Position numbers and translations under genes: made by a program. This document shows positions 12,722 through 24,400 of a stretch of 64,000 nt of DNA, piece after piece. The notes below the pieces were generated by a model, which searched no databases, was not told the DNA's origin, and was given only the letters and a program-made list of their open reading frames with translations. Each line of letters begins with the position of its first letter. Positions within the stretch are counted from its first letter, which is position 1. The DNA is from Zootoca vivipara (lineage: Eukaryota), in the NCBI RefSeq assembly GCF_963506605.1, contig NC_083290.1:682001-746000 (forward strand), read 5' to 3'.

Positions 12722-14135
12722 GAATCATAGTTGGAAGAGACCACAAGGGCCACCCAGTCCAACCCCCTGCCAAGCAGGAAACACCACCAAAGCATTCCTG
12801 ACAGATGGCTGTCAAGCCTCCGCTTAAAGACCTCCAAAGAAGGAGACTCCACCACACTCCTTGGCAGCAAATTCCACTGTTGAACAGCTCTTACTGTCAG
12901 GAAGTTCTTCCTAATGTTTAGGTGGAATCTTCTTGTAGTTTGAATCCATTGCTCTGTGTCAGCTTCTCTGGAGCAGCAGAAAACAACCTTTCTCCCTCCT
13001 CCATATGACATCCTTTTATATATTTGAACATGGCTATCATATCACCCCTTAACCTTCTCTTCTCCAGGCTAAACATACCCAGCTCCCTAAGCCGTTCCTC
13101 ATAAGGCATCGTTTCCAGGCCTTTGACCATTTTGGTTGCCCTCCTCTGGACACGTTCCAGCTTGTCAGTATCCTTCTTGAACTGTGGTGCCCAGAACTGG
13201 ACACAGTACTCCAGGTGAGGTCTGACCAGAGCAGAATACAGTGGTACTACTACTTCCCTTGATATAGATGCTATACTCCTATTGATGCAGCCCAGAATTG
13301 CATTGGCTTTTTTAGCTGCTGCATCACACTGTTGACTCATGTCAAGTCTGTGGTCTACCAAGACTCCTAGATCCTTTTCACATGTACTGCTCTCAAGCCA
13401 GGTGTCTCCCATCCTGTATTTGTGCCTTTCATTCCCCCCTCCCCAAGTGTAGTACTTTACATTTCTCCATGTGAAAATTCATCTTGTTTGCTTTGGCCCA
13501 GTTGTCTAATCTGTTAAGGTCATTTTGAAGTGTGATCCTGTCCTCTGGGGTATTAGCCACCCCTCCCAATTTGGTGTCGTCTGCAAACTTGCTCAGGGTG
13601 CCCTCAAGCCCATCATCCAAGTCATTGATAAAGATGTTGAATAAGACTGGGCCCAAGACAGAACCCTGTGGCACCCCACTAGTCACTTCTCTCCAGGATG
13701 AAGAGGAGCCATTGATGAGCACCCTTTGGATTCGGTCAGTCAGCCAGTTACAAATCCGCTGAATGGTAGCATTTTCTAGCCCGCATTTTACCAGCTTCTT
13801 TACAAGAATATCATGGGGCACCTTGTCAAAGGCCTTGCTGAAATCAAGATAGGCTACATCCACAGCATTCCCTTCATCTATCAGGCTTGTAATTCTGTCA
13901 AAAAATGAGACCCGATTAGTCTGACATCACCTATTTTTCAGAAACCCTATTTTTCAGAAACCCATGCTGACTTTTAGTGATCACAGAGTTTCTTTCTAGG
14001 TGCTCACAGACTGTTTGCTTAATGATCTGCTCTAGAATCTTTCCTGGTATTGATGTCAGGCTGACTGGGTGGTAATTGTTTGGGTCCTCTCTTTCCCCCT
14101 TTTTGAAAATAGGGACAACATTTGCCCTCCTCCAG
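12722..14135 (-). mobile_element. CR1 LINE, RT domain to 3' end, frameshifted
   Basis: Peptides [32 protein letters not shown] and [12 protein letters not shown]. Confidence 0.95.
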
Positions 14136-14239
14136 ATGGGGCCCCTTTGGTGAGAACCGACACTTCTTGTTTGTTTGTTTTGTTAAATTTCTATACTGCC
14201 CTTCATCTGAGGATCGCAAGGTGGTTTACAATATAAAAA

Positions 14240-14448
14240 AGAAGAAGAAGAGGAGTTTGGATTTGATATCCCTCTTTATCACTCCCCGAAGGAGTCTCAA
14301 AGCGGCTAACATTCTCCTTTCCCTTCCTCCTCCACAACAAACACTCTGTGAGGTGAGTGAGGCTGAGAGACTTCAGAGAAGTGTGACTAGCCCAAGGTCA
14401 CCCAGCAGCTGCATGTGGAGGAGCCTAGACGCGAACCCGGTTCACCAA
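14240..14448 (-). mobile_element. tRNA-derived SINE
   Basis: Head CCAGTGTGGTGTAGTGGTTAAGAGC...GGGTTCG and (CTT)n tail. Homologous to 54269-54408 plus 55228-55330. Confidence 0.75.
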
Positions 14449-14539
14449 ATTACGAGGCCACCGCTCTTAACCACTACACCACACTGGTGTAGTGCTATGT
14501 ATGCATAGCTTGGTAACAAACCAAAACAGTAAACCTCCC

Positions 14540-14770
14540 ACAGATTGTTTTATTAGCCAGAGGCTTGAGAGAACAGGAGCGTCTTCCCCTGGTGCCTAAA
14601 GGTGTACAATGAAGGTGCCAGGCAAGCCTCTCTGGGGAGAGCATTCCACAAGCAGGGAGTCACTGTAGAAAAGGCCTCCCCTTGTGTTGCCGCCCTCTGG
14701 ACTTCTTGCAGAGGAGGCGCCCGAAGAAAAGCCATAGATGGTGAGTGCTTGGATCTCAGTGCTCCCATCC
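14540..14770 (-). mobile_element. Old L2 LINE fragment
   Basis: Encodes AFSTVTPCLWNALPREACLAPSLYTFR. Confidence 0.7.
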
Positions 14771-15129
14771 TACGCATATCGTCTCTGAAGTAAATCTGTT
14801 TGATTTCAAGTAAACATGTGGAGGATTTCCCCAGGGGTGGTGCAGTTGGGCGAGGGGGTTGCCAGGGAGGAGGAGGAGGTGATTAGCATGCCCTGTTGCC
14901 ACTGGCTGGTTGCATGCTCTGCATGCAGAAGGTTCTGAGTTCAATCCCAGGCAGCATCGCCAGTACGGCCAGGTGAAATCCTTCCTCTACAAGTATCATT
15001 GTATGTGATTGCACCAGCCGAAGTCTACTCTCCAACCTAGTTCGCAAGCCAGACTCTGCATCCCAAGGGCCTCCAACCAGGTAACAGGCTCAATTTCGAT
15101 AACAGCTGCTATTGGAAAGAATAGAATAA

Positions 15130-15610
15130 TTCTGGACACCACAATTTAAGAAGGATATTGACAAGCTGGAAGGTGAGCAGAGGAGGGTGACCAAGATGAT
15201 CCAGTGTCTGGAAACCAATCCTGATGAGGAATGGTTGAAGGAGTTGGGGATATTTAGCCTGGAGAAGACGAGACTGAGAGGAGACAGGAAAGCCATTTTC
15301 AGATATAAAAAGAGCTGCCACATGGAGGATGGAGCAAGCTAGTTTTCTCCTGCTCTGGAGGGTAGGACTTGAACCCATGGCTTCAAGTTACAAGAAAGAT
15401 TCCAGCTAAACATACGGGAAAACTTTCTGACAGTAAGAGCTGTTCAACAGTGGAACAGACTCCCTCAGGGGGTTGTGGACTCTCTTTCCATGGAGGTTTT
15501 TAAGCAGAGGTCGGAAGGCCTTATTTCCTAGATATGTTAGTTGAGATTACTGCATTACAGGGGGTTGGACTAGATGACCCTCGGGGTGCCTCCCAACTCT
15601 GTTGTCTATG
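15130..15610 (+). mobile_element. Degenerate CR1 LINE 3' fragment
   Basis: Similar to the CR1 3' ends at 246-593 and 12722-13200. Confidence 0.8.
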
Positions 15611-16090
15611 ACAACACCCATATTGGATAGCAGTTGCTCAAAACCATTGTGTCCTTTTTGCTCCTGGAGGCTTTAAGCAGCGGGTGCTGGTCAGAGGCCC
15701 CTCGGAAGCGTTGATTAATGTTCTGATGTCTGCTAAGCCCTCGCCAGAAACACACACTCCAATATTAATATTGTCGCTACGTGCCATTCCAGCTGGCTGG
15801 GCCCAGAAGGGGGCGGGGGCGTGCTATGGAACCTCGACCTTTTCCATGGGCCATCACTGGGATTAGGTGATGTAGTTCAATCATCCACGGATCCCCCTGG
15901 AGATTAAGGTATTTTTCCCCCCCTGGGCAGATTAGGTGGCATTATCAAGCGATTGTAGGGTCTGAGCTCCCCCCGCTTCTGCATTTAAGGGTATTGGATA
16001 GGCCTGTGGGGTAGAGAGCAACCCCCCCCCAGCCAAAATCAGAAATGAAAGTGATCAGGCTAAGCTGTGAGGACATCACAAAACATCTCT

Positions 16091-16096
16091 TTTATT
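16091..16096 (-). terminator. Likely SEBOX polyadenylation signal
   Basis: AATAAA on the - strand ~300 nt after the stop codon. Confidence 0.6.
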
Positions 16097-16396
16097 GGAG
16101 TTACAAGAGAGATTTGAGGGGTTGGGGTGAAGAGGAGAAAAACCAGCAGATTAATGCGGCCAGGTGCATTTTTAAAAGGGGAGGGGGGGTGCCCAGATAC
16201 AATTGGACTCCAACAGAGACAGCCCTCCCCCCCCCTTCCCAGGAAGGAGCCTGTTACACAAAGGAACGATGGTTTACAGAGGAGCAACTCTGCTCTAGCC
16301 TTCCCCTGTTGCTGCTTCCAGCTCCCAACCAGCCAGGCCTCCATCCACCTCTCACCCAGAGCCAGATCTTCCTCGGCGGTGCGCCCACGCGGGCGT

Positions 16397-17197
16397 CTAG
16401 AGGTCCCCGAAGTTGGCCACCAGGGCGGCGCTGTAGATGAGGTCCGAGATGGTCCCCAGGGAGGTGCGAGGCGGAGGAAAGGCGTCCCAGCGCCCCGACA
16501 GGGCGGACCACGCCGCGGCCTCTTCCTCTTCTCGGAGGGAGCTCCCCGGCCACCGAGGGGGCGCCGCCTCCTCCCAGCCTAGGAAGACAGAGGCGCTGCC
16601 GGGCGGCGGCGTGGGGCTCAGTCCCGGCTGCCCATCGGGCTTGCTGCCAGCCTGAGCCCGGCGGGGCTCGGCGCTGCTCTTGATCCTGCGGGCGCGGCGG
16701 TTCTGGAACCAGACCTGGGGGGGAGAGGGAGCCGATGAGAGAAGGGGCATGGAGAGGCAGGCAGGGGCCCTCCCGAGGCGGAGGAGCCGTCGGGGCTCAC
16801 CTGGATCTTGGCCTCGGGCAGCTGCGTGAGCTCGGCCAGGCGCTCGCGCGTCCCGATGTCCGGGTAGGGCAGGGCGGCGAAGACGCGCTCCAGCTCGCTC
16901 AACTGGCCCCGACTGAAGGTGGTCCGCTTCCTCTTCCTGGGGCCGCCGCCGCCTCCTCCCTCCGTCCGGGGACCTGCGAAGGTGCGAAAGAAGGCAGACG
17001 GGGCGGGCAGTGCTCGGGAGGGAGGAGGCGGTTTCTTCCTAGCCTCCCCCTCTCCAGGTCCCACCTCCATCCCGCCAGCACCTGGCGCCCCGCAACCCAC
17101 CTCCGCCAGGCTGCTCCCCGCGCTCTCCGGCCGCCCCGTCGGGGGAGAGGAAGGGCGGCGGCACCCGGAGGACGCGCGCCCGCTCCTTGCTGCCCAT
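16397..17197 (-). CDS. SEBOX: SEBOX paired-like (Q50) homeobox protein, ~195 aa. Exons 17197-17101, 16973-16801, 16714-16397.
   Basis: Homeodomain [46 protein letters not shown]|[10 protein letters not shown] has the typical intron before VWFQN. The C-terminal motif is [18 protein letters not shown]. The start context is a strong Kozak (GCCGCCACGATGG), and the gene lies between TMEM199 and VTN. Confidence 0.93.
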
Positions 17198-18681
17198 CGT
17201 GGCGGCGGCTCCTGCCTGCGGCTGCTCCGGCTGGCCGTCTAGCTTTTATCACCTCCCTTCGGAGACCGAGCAGCGTCATTCCACCCCCACCCCCACCCCC
17301 TCGGGCGGGCTCACATCTGGGACCAGCCCCGCCACCTGACGCAGTTCGGGCACCTGGAGACGGGAGGGGGAAGAGGGAGGCCCGTCGGGTCGAAGCGCGG
17401 GCGGCGCGGGAGCTGTCCTTGGTCCTGAAGTACCCGCCTCGGACAGCGCCTCGTCTAGGGACCAGCCTGGGATCCCGCCGAAGAGGTGCGGGGGCTCAGG
17501 AGTTTTCCCGGAGTCCAACTTCTCTGGCACACGCAAGAGGCCTGTCTTTAGAGAGGCAGTGTGGTGTAGCGGTTAGAACCAGGGCCTGGGAAACCAGGTT
17601 CAAATCTGCACTCTGCCATGAAGCTCACGTTTATGGAGACAGATGAAAGGATAGCTTCTCTGGTTAGAGGTTGTAGGTTCCATCCCCGTATGGGATGGCT
17701 GCATATTCCTACATTGCAGAGGGTTGGACTAGACGATCCTTCCAACTCTATGATTCTAAGTCCACACAGCACAGAGTTAAAGCGCGGAACTCCCTCCCAC
17801 TGGAAGCAGTGATGGGCACCAACTTGGATGTTTTTAAAATAGGATTGGGCAAATTCATGGAGGAGGAGAAGGAGGTTTTCGATGACTCCCTGCCAGGATG
17901 GTGATGCTCTGCCTCCACAGTAGGAGCCAGCGATGCTTCTGAATACCAGAGGGAACCCTGTGCTCAGTTCCTGCCTGTGGGTTTTGCGTTGGGCTGCCCA
18001 CTGTGAGAAGTGGGCCAATGGCCTGATCCAGCAGGCTCTACTGGTGTCGTTATGAGGGCCAAACACTTAACGTGCAGCTCTGGCCCCCATGCATTTATTT
18101 ACTCCCAGAGCTAAACCTGAGTTCAGCACTCCATAGTTCGTGTGCATGGAATATGCCTGGCAGAGTGATTCCCAGCAGCGTCTGCTTCAACAGCAAAGCC
18201 CCGCTTACTTCCGAGGAAGTGGGCATAGGATTGCAGACTAAACCCTGTGTCGTGTCCCCATTATATCTGATTGATCTGCCCCATAAAAAGCCCTTCATAT
18301 TATGTACTATTAAAGCTGGAAGAGACACTTCAGAGGCCATAGAATCCCAGAAATGTAGTCGGGGTCCCTACCAAGGGTCATCAATCTAGCCCAACCCCCT
18401 GCAAGGCAGGAATCTCAGCTAAAGCATCCATTGCAGATGCCCACCCAACCTCTGCTAAAAAAAAATCTCCAAGGAAGGAGAGCCCACAACCTCCCGAGGG
18501 AGACCCTTCCACTGTCCACTGTCAGAAAGTTCCTCCTGAAGTTTAGTTAGACTCTCCTTTCTTGCAACTTGAATCCATTGGCTCTGGTTCCCCCTTCCGG
18601 AACAGCTGATAAAAAGGTTGCTCCCACTTTCATGTGGCAGCGCATGAGATATTTGAAGACGGCTCTCAGATCTCCTCTCAG

Positions 18682-18813
18682 CATGGGCGTAGCCAGGGGG
18701 GCAGGGCGGGGCAGCTGCCTCCCAAAATCAATAAAAATACAGAGTTAACTGAGATTCTGCCTCCTCCCCCCCCCCAGGCCTGCCCCCTAACAAAAATCCT
18801 GGCTACACCCATG
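18682..18813. mobile_element. hAT-type MITE
   Basis: TIRs CATGGGCGTAGCCAGG...CCTGGCTACACCCATG with an 8-bp TSD CCTCTCAG (18674-18681 / 18814-18821). Confidence 0.85.
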
Positions 18814-18887
18814 CCTCTCAGTCTCCTCTTGTCCAGGTGAAACCGTGGGACCGATTCAGATGGTCCGCCCCCGCCACTTAATGGCTC

Positions 18888-19436
18888 CAATTGGACTACT
18901 GCAATGCGCTCCACGTGGGGCTACCTTTGAAGGTGACCCGGAAACTGCAATTAATCCAGAATGCGGCAGCTAGACTGGTGACTGGGAGTGGCCGCCGGGA
19001 CCACATAACACCAGTCCTGAGAGATCTACACTGGCTCCCAGTACCTTTCCAAGCACAATTCAAAGTGTTGGTGCTGACCTTTAAAGCCCTAAAGGGCCCC
19101 GGTCCTGTATACCTGAAGGAGCGTCTCCACCCCCATTGTTCTGCCCGGACACTGAGGTCCAGCTCCGAGGGCCTTCTGGCGGTTCCCTTGTTGTGAGAAG
19201 TGAGGTTACAGGGAACCAGACAAAGGGCCTTCTCGGTAGTGGCACCCGCCCTGTGGAACGCCCTCCCAGCAGATGTCAAGGCAATAAGTAACTATTCTAC
19301 TTTCAGAAGACAACGGAAGGCGGCCCTGTTTAGGGAAGTTTTTAATGTTTGATGCTGTACTGTTTTTAATATTCGGTTGGAAGCCGCCCAGAGTGGCTGG
19401 AGAAACCCAGCCAGATGGGCGGGGTATAAATAATAA

Positions 19437-19472
<36 letters not shown>
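18888..19472 (+). mobile_element. L2 LINE 3' fragment
   Basis: Encodes DYCNAL...QNAAARLV...HITPVLRDLHWLPV; (TTA)n tail. Confidence 0.9.
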
Positions 19473-19474
<2 letters not shown>

Positions 19475-20682
19475 TCAACTCCCTCAATTGTTCCTCATAG
19501 GGAACCATTCCTCATGATTCCAGTCCCATCTGCTGGATTAACAGGGGAAAGTCTGTCCCACTTCCTGCTCAACAGCCCTTCACCTTCGTCGCAGTCATGT
19601 CACTGTAGTATGGTGTAGTGGTTAGAGTGCTGCCTAGGGTTGCACCATGCACTTAAAGCACCTCCCCCAAAGAATCCTGGGAGCTGTAGATTAAGGGTGC
19701 TGGGAGTTGTAGCGCTGTGAGAGGGAAACTACAGTTCTCTGGATGGGGAGTTTGCTTTAAATGTACATCCCCCAAGGACCAGAGAGGGAGGAGAACCAGG
19801 CCTGCCCCCTTGAGCTTGGAGGGAAAGTGCAGAAATCAATAAAAGCCTCTCTTCATTAGGCAAAAGGTCTCTTTTAACCATTTCTCATTGGACGTCAGGC
19901 TTTCCAGACACCTCCACATTCCCAAATCATCACCGTCTTGATCACCCTAACTCTTTGGATGGTGTACAAAAGGGCTTGGCTACATTCTGGCCTGCTCCTT
20001 GATGACTGTGTGGTGCAGGCAGAACACCCACCCTTCCCCCCCCACCAGCTTAAGACTGGTTCCCCACCCCACCCCCACCCCACTTGCTGGTCCCAAAGCT
20101 GACAAGGTTTCCTTATTCCCATTTCCCCATGTTTGAAACAGGGTAGTTTCAGATTGAGGTGCTGAGAAATATTTGCTTCCTAGGCTCCAAAATTAGTGTT
20201 GGATCAACCCTAGGGAACATTTTACAGCTTGAGGGCCACCCCTGGCCTTTAGACAGCCTTCCAAGGGCCATATGCCATGGGTGGGCGGAGCCAGAGGCAA
20301 AAGTAGGTGGGGTAATGGACGCACCCCACCCCTCTTTGAGCAGTAGTCTAGTTTCTACACTGCCTACCCTTGATCCTCCACCCAGGCTAGCAAGAGGGGT
20401 GTGGCCAGTGCTGAAAGGGGCGTGGCCTAGAGAGGGGTGGCTGGGGAGGAGGCGTGGCCTTGGAGAGGGGGCGTGGCCTGCTGGAAATTTCTAGGGCTGG
20501 ATGGAAGGACCTGGAGGACTTGGGTTCCCTCACCTCATGCATCACACATCTCCAGGACCGGAGCAAAATGTTGCTTTTGCACAATGCAATTCAACACGTT
20601 ACAACCCCAGATCCTGACCGTGGAGTCTTAAATAAACATTGAGTCATCGCCAAATGACTCGTGTCCCCCGTGAGGTGGTTTA

Positions 20683-21296
20683 TGTGGGATGGAACACTGG
20701 GGCAGACAAGTCACAACAGTTCCTAGAGTGTCCACTAACAGGAACTCACCTGGAGGGACACCTGACTAAGTTCAGCTTCCTGTTCCTCCAGATATGCAGA
20801 TGAGATGGATTAGCTGGCAGACAAAAGCTCCTAGCCAGCAGCCATTCTCTCTCTTAGCCACCTCCTCTTCAATGGGAACACATCTCCAGAGAATCTACAG
20901 TTAGGATGGTTCTCCCTCTTGGCCTGCAGCCAAGAGAGAGACCAAATGGAGCCTTACTTTACTAAGTAGTCTCCAGATGTACATATTTGTAACTTTTCTA
21001 CGTAAGCCTACCTTTCTGAGATTATGCTGTTAACTCAGGATGTCATGTGAGTAAACTCTATCTTATTTTAATACTATTGTGCCGTGTATTTCTTTTAAGA
21101 GGGACAAAGGGGATTTGCCAGGAAGTATAATATTGAAGTATAATATTGTTGCAGAGGTTCTAACAAACCTAACGCTCACGTTTTGCTGCGCACAAAAGGG
21201 GAATGTCACTCTGCTGATATTGGAAGCTTGCTAACACAAGCTTGGATAGGATCTATCTAATAATATATCCTAATCCACATCCTTAACATTCCCACA
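20683..21296. mobile_element. Solo LTR, ~614 bp
   Basis: Termini TGTGGGA...TCCCACA with a perfect 5-bp TSD GTTTA (20678-20682 / 21297-21301) and an internal AGTAAA polyA-like signal. Confidence 0.75.
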
Positions 21297-21443
21297 GTTT
21301 AGCATCACCGTTCTTTGTTTTGGTCCCCAAACTACCAGGTGAGACAGGTTGTCCAAACTTGGGCTGCAAAGAACCCCCCTCCCCACAGGTCTCTAGTCCC
21401 CCCAAAAAACAAGCAGGCAGGTACGGTCTTTGGAACTCGGGGC

Positions 21444-21449
21444 TTTATT
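21444..21449 (-). terminator. Likely VTN polyadenylation signal
   Basis: AATAAA 40 nt after the stop codon. Confidence 0.7.
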
Positions 21450-21488
21450 TGGCCGCTGTCGACGGTGTGGAGGGCTTTCTGGCTGGGC

Positions 21489-24400
21489 TCAGGCAAGATC
21501 CTCATCGGATGGGCACCCCAGCCAGTACTTGGAGATGGGGCGAGGGTACCTGGGGTAGACGAAATCCACACGTCGAGTGTTCAGGTTCAGGCGGTAGTAC
21601 TTGTCTGAGAGGGAGGGAGGGAGGTGCAGAAAGGGAGGAAGGAAATCCTGTTAATTTAGCTTCTCACTTCTCCAACCTTAAATTCAGCTCTCCGGATTTC
21701 TGCGGCAATTTGAGGTTTTTTAAAAATATCCTCGTCAAAGTTCACCAGGTGCAGATTGCTTCTAAGAAACATGTTTTTTTGTCTGCTGTTTTGACCATAT
21801 GTGCACCTTTGTTTCCTAACAGAAAGCATTTTTCGTTGGCATTTTTTCCACTTACCAATAGTTATGCAGACTGTCCCCTAATATATGCATTTCTGTACCC
21901 AACAGTTAGCTGGAGAACTGCAGCCCAAAATCTGGATGTAGGTGAATGTCGAAGGGCAGCTGCATTTCAATAGTCTTTATTATTATTTTTGAAACTGCTA
22001 ATCTGGTAAATTTGAGATCGCCTTACCCCAGCTATTCGATCAGTGGACCTGGCAGTGTTACAAGTGTCCCATAATCCTCGTCATCGCTACCTGGAGATGC
22101 TACTGAGGATTGAAACTGGGACGTTCTGCATGCCAAGCAGACACTCTACCACTGAGCTACTGTGGGATAACCAGCCTCACGTAACCAGTATTCTGAAGTC
22201 TAATTAATGCATGACGGGGTTAAGACCATAGAGTAAGCTGACCAGTCAGGCTTAGCTCACCTTGGGAGGGACTAGGTCATTAAACCTTTGTTCCCTTAGT
22301 CTACCAGAGAAGCTCAATGTGTGAGGCCTGAGTTGCAAACCGCATGACTCTTACAAGCCACTCTTGAGTTCCTATACCAATTCTAGAAACCTTTGCCACT
22401 TTGTACCTAAGCCAAATTTTAATGCCTGTGCATTTTTTCCTGAATGCTACATGGAAAAGAGCATGAACGGGACCTTTAGAGAGTTTGTAAGTAAACCATT
22501 TTTAACTAGTGAACCCACAAGGGCACATTTTAAAGTTCTAACTGCCTATGTTTCCAAGCTTTGCTGCATATTCTGCAATTTCAAACCTGGACTGGGGTCC
22601 TCTCCCTAAAATGTGCTGGCTACAAACCCAGATCTTGGCATCCAGTGAGTTCTCTTTTTGTGTCTATCTCCTCCCCCCCTCCCCAGCAACCTTCCTTGAT
22701 GCCCTGTACTCACCGCCAACGAAGAAGTAGACGCTCTGGAAGGGCTGGCATGGGGTGGTTCCGCCCAGCAACCAGTCCATGTCCGAGGACTCTGAGCTGG
22801 GTTCGCCTTGCCAGTCCCAGGCATTCCAGCGTCCCCAGCGCTGGCGGTGGCGGTACTTCCTGCGGTGCCGGCGTGACGACTTCCTCGCTGGGCGGCGCTG
22901 GGCAGGGCTCTGTGCCACGTAGATCCGGCCGAGCATCACGGCATCCAGGCCACTGGGCACCCCTCTCCAGTCGCGGCTGATGAAACGGGCCCTGCTGGCC
23001 CCACCTGGAAATGGGGAGAGGGGACGTCAGAAGAGACGGCTGGTGAGCCAGGCTTTCCCCAGGCCATCCCCATAGCCTTGGGTCTCTGCACATGGGCAGA
23101 GGAGGGTGACCGAGTCAATTGAGGGACTGGCAACCAAGCCTTACGAGGAAGGGTTCAGGCAGTTGGCTATGTTTGGCCTGGAAAGATAATAAAAATAATA
23201 AATAATAATAAATTTTTATTTATACCCCGCCCTCCCCAGTCAAAAACCGGGCTCAGGGCGGCTCACACCAACAAAACCACAATAAAACATAAAAACAATT
23301 AATTAAAATACAGATTAAAATACAGTATTAAAATTTAAAATGCAGCCTCATTTCAAGTAGTCCATAAATCCAAGCCATGAGGGAGGAAAACACAGGGGTC
23401 AGACTAAGTCCAACCCAAAGGCCAGGCGGAACAGCTCCGTCTTGCAGACCCTGCGGAAAGATGACAAATCCCGCAGGGCCCTGGTCTCCTGTGAAAGAGC
23501 GTTCCACCAAGTTGGGGCCAATACTGAAAAGGCCCTGGCTCTAGTAGAGGCCAATCTAGCCACCTTATGGCTCAGGATCTCCAGAATATTGTTGTTTGTG
23601 GACCTTAAGGTCCTCCGCGGGGCATACCAGGAGAGGCGGTCCCGTAGGTACGAGGGTCCCAAGCCGCATAGGGCTTTAAAGGTCAAAACCAGCACCTTAA
23701 ACCTGATCCTGTACTCCACCGGGAGCCAGTGCAACTGGTAAAGCACTGGATGAATGTGATCCCGCGGCAGGGAGATTTGTTGCGGCAGCAAGTTCCCTAG
23801 TTGAACTGCACACTGAGCCAACGGTGTGATGCAGCAGCAGAAAAGGCTCATGCAATCCTAGGCAGCATCTGCAGAAGTCTAGTGTCCAGATCAAGGGAAG
23901 TGATACTACTGCTCTATTCTGCCTTGGCCAGATCCACCTGGACTCCCAGGTCCAGCTCTGCACACCCCAGTTTAAGGAGAATATTGTCAAGCTGGAATGT
24001 GTGCAGAGGAAATGGGGTCTTCTTCTGACTTTTGACTGAGCTGAGGCCCTTCCCTTAAAAAAACATAGTAAGATTCCAGTCCTCATGGGGTGGAATAAAC
24101 CACTGGTTAAAATCAGAAGCTGCCCTATATCCTCTTGCTCAGCGTTTTCAACACTGACTGGCAGCAGCTCTCTGGGGTTTCAGGCGAGGAGACCTTCCCA
24201 GCCCTACCTGCCGATGCTGGGACCTTCTGCATGCCGAGCAGGTGCTCTGCCACTGAGCCACATCCCTCCCCAAAGGTATGAACAGGGCAGGAGTCCCATC
24301 CTCTCTTGCCCCCGGCAATCACATCGGGCCAGCTCAGCAGGGTGCGGCCCAGCTGTGGGTGCCTGCGGAGAGTGGGGCTCAGCCCAGACACCCACACGCT

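Noticed and set aside
16974-17100. Single-exon N-terminus for SEBOX (MEVGPGEG...) from the ORF track
   Set aside because: The segment is bounded by a GT donor and a pyrimidine-tract AG acceptor in matching phase, and a strong-Kozak ATG lies at 17197. It is better explained as intron 1.
16735-17646. 303-aa ORF on the + strand
   Set aside because: Antisense to SEBOX in a CpG island, with the low-complexity Arg/Ala/Pro composition expected from GC content.
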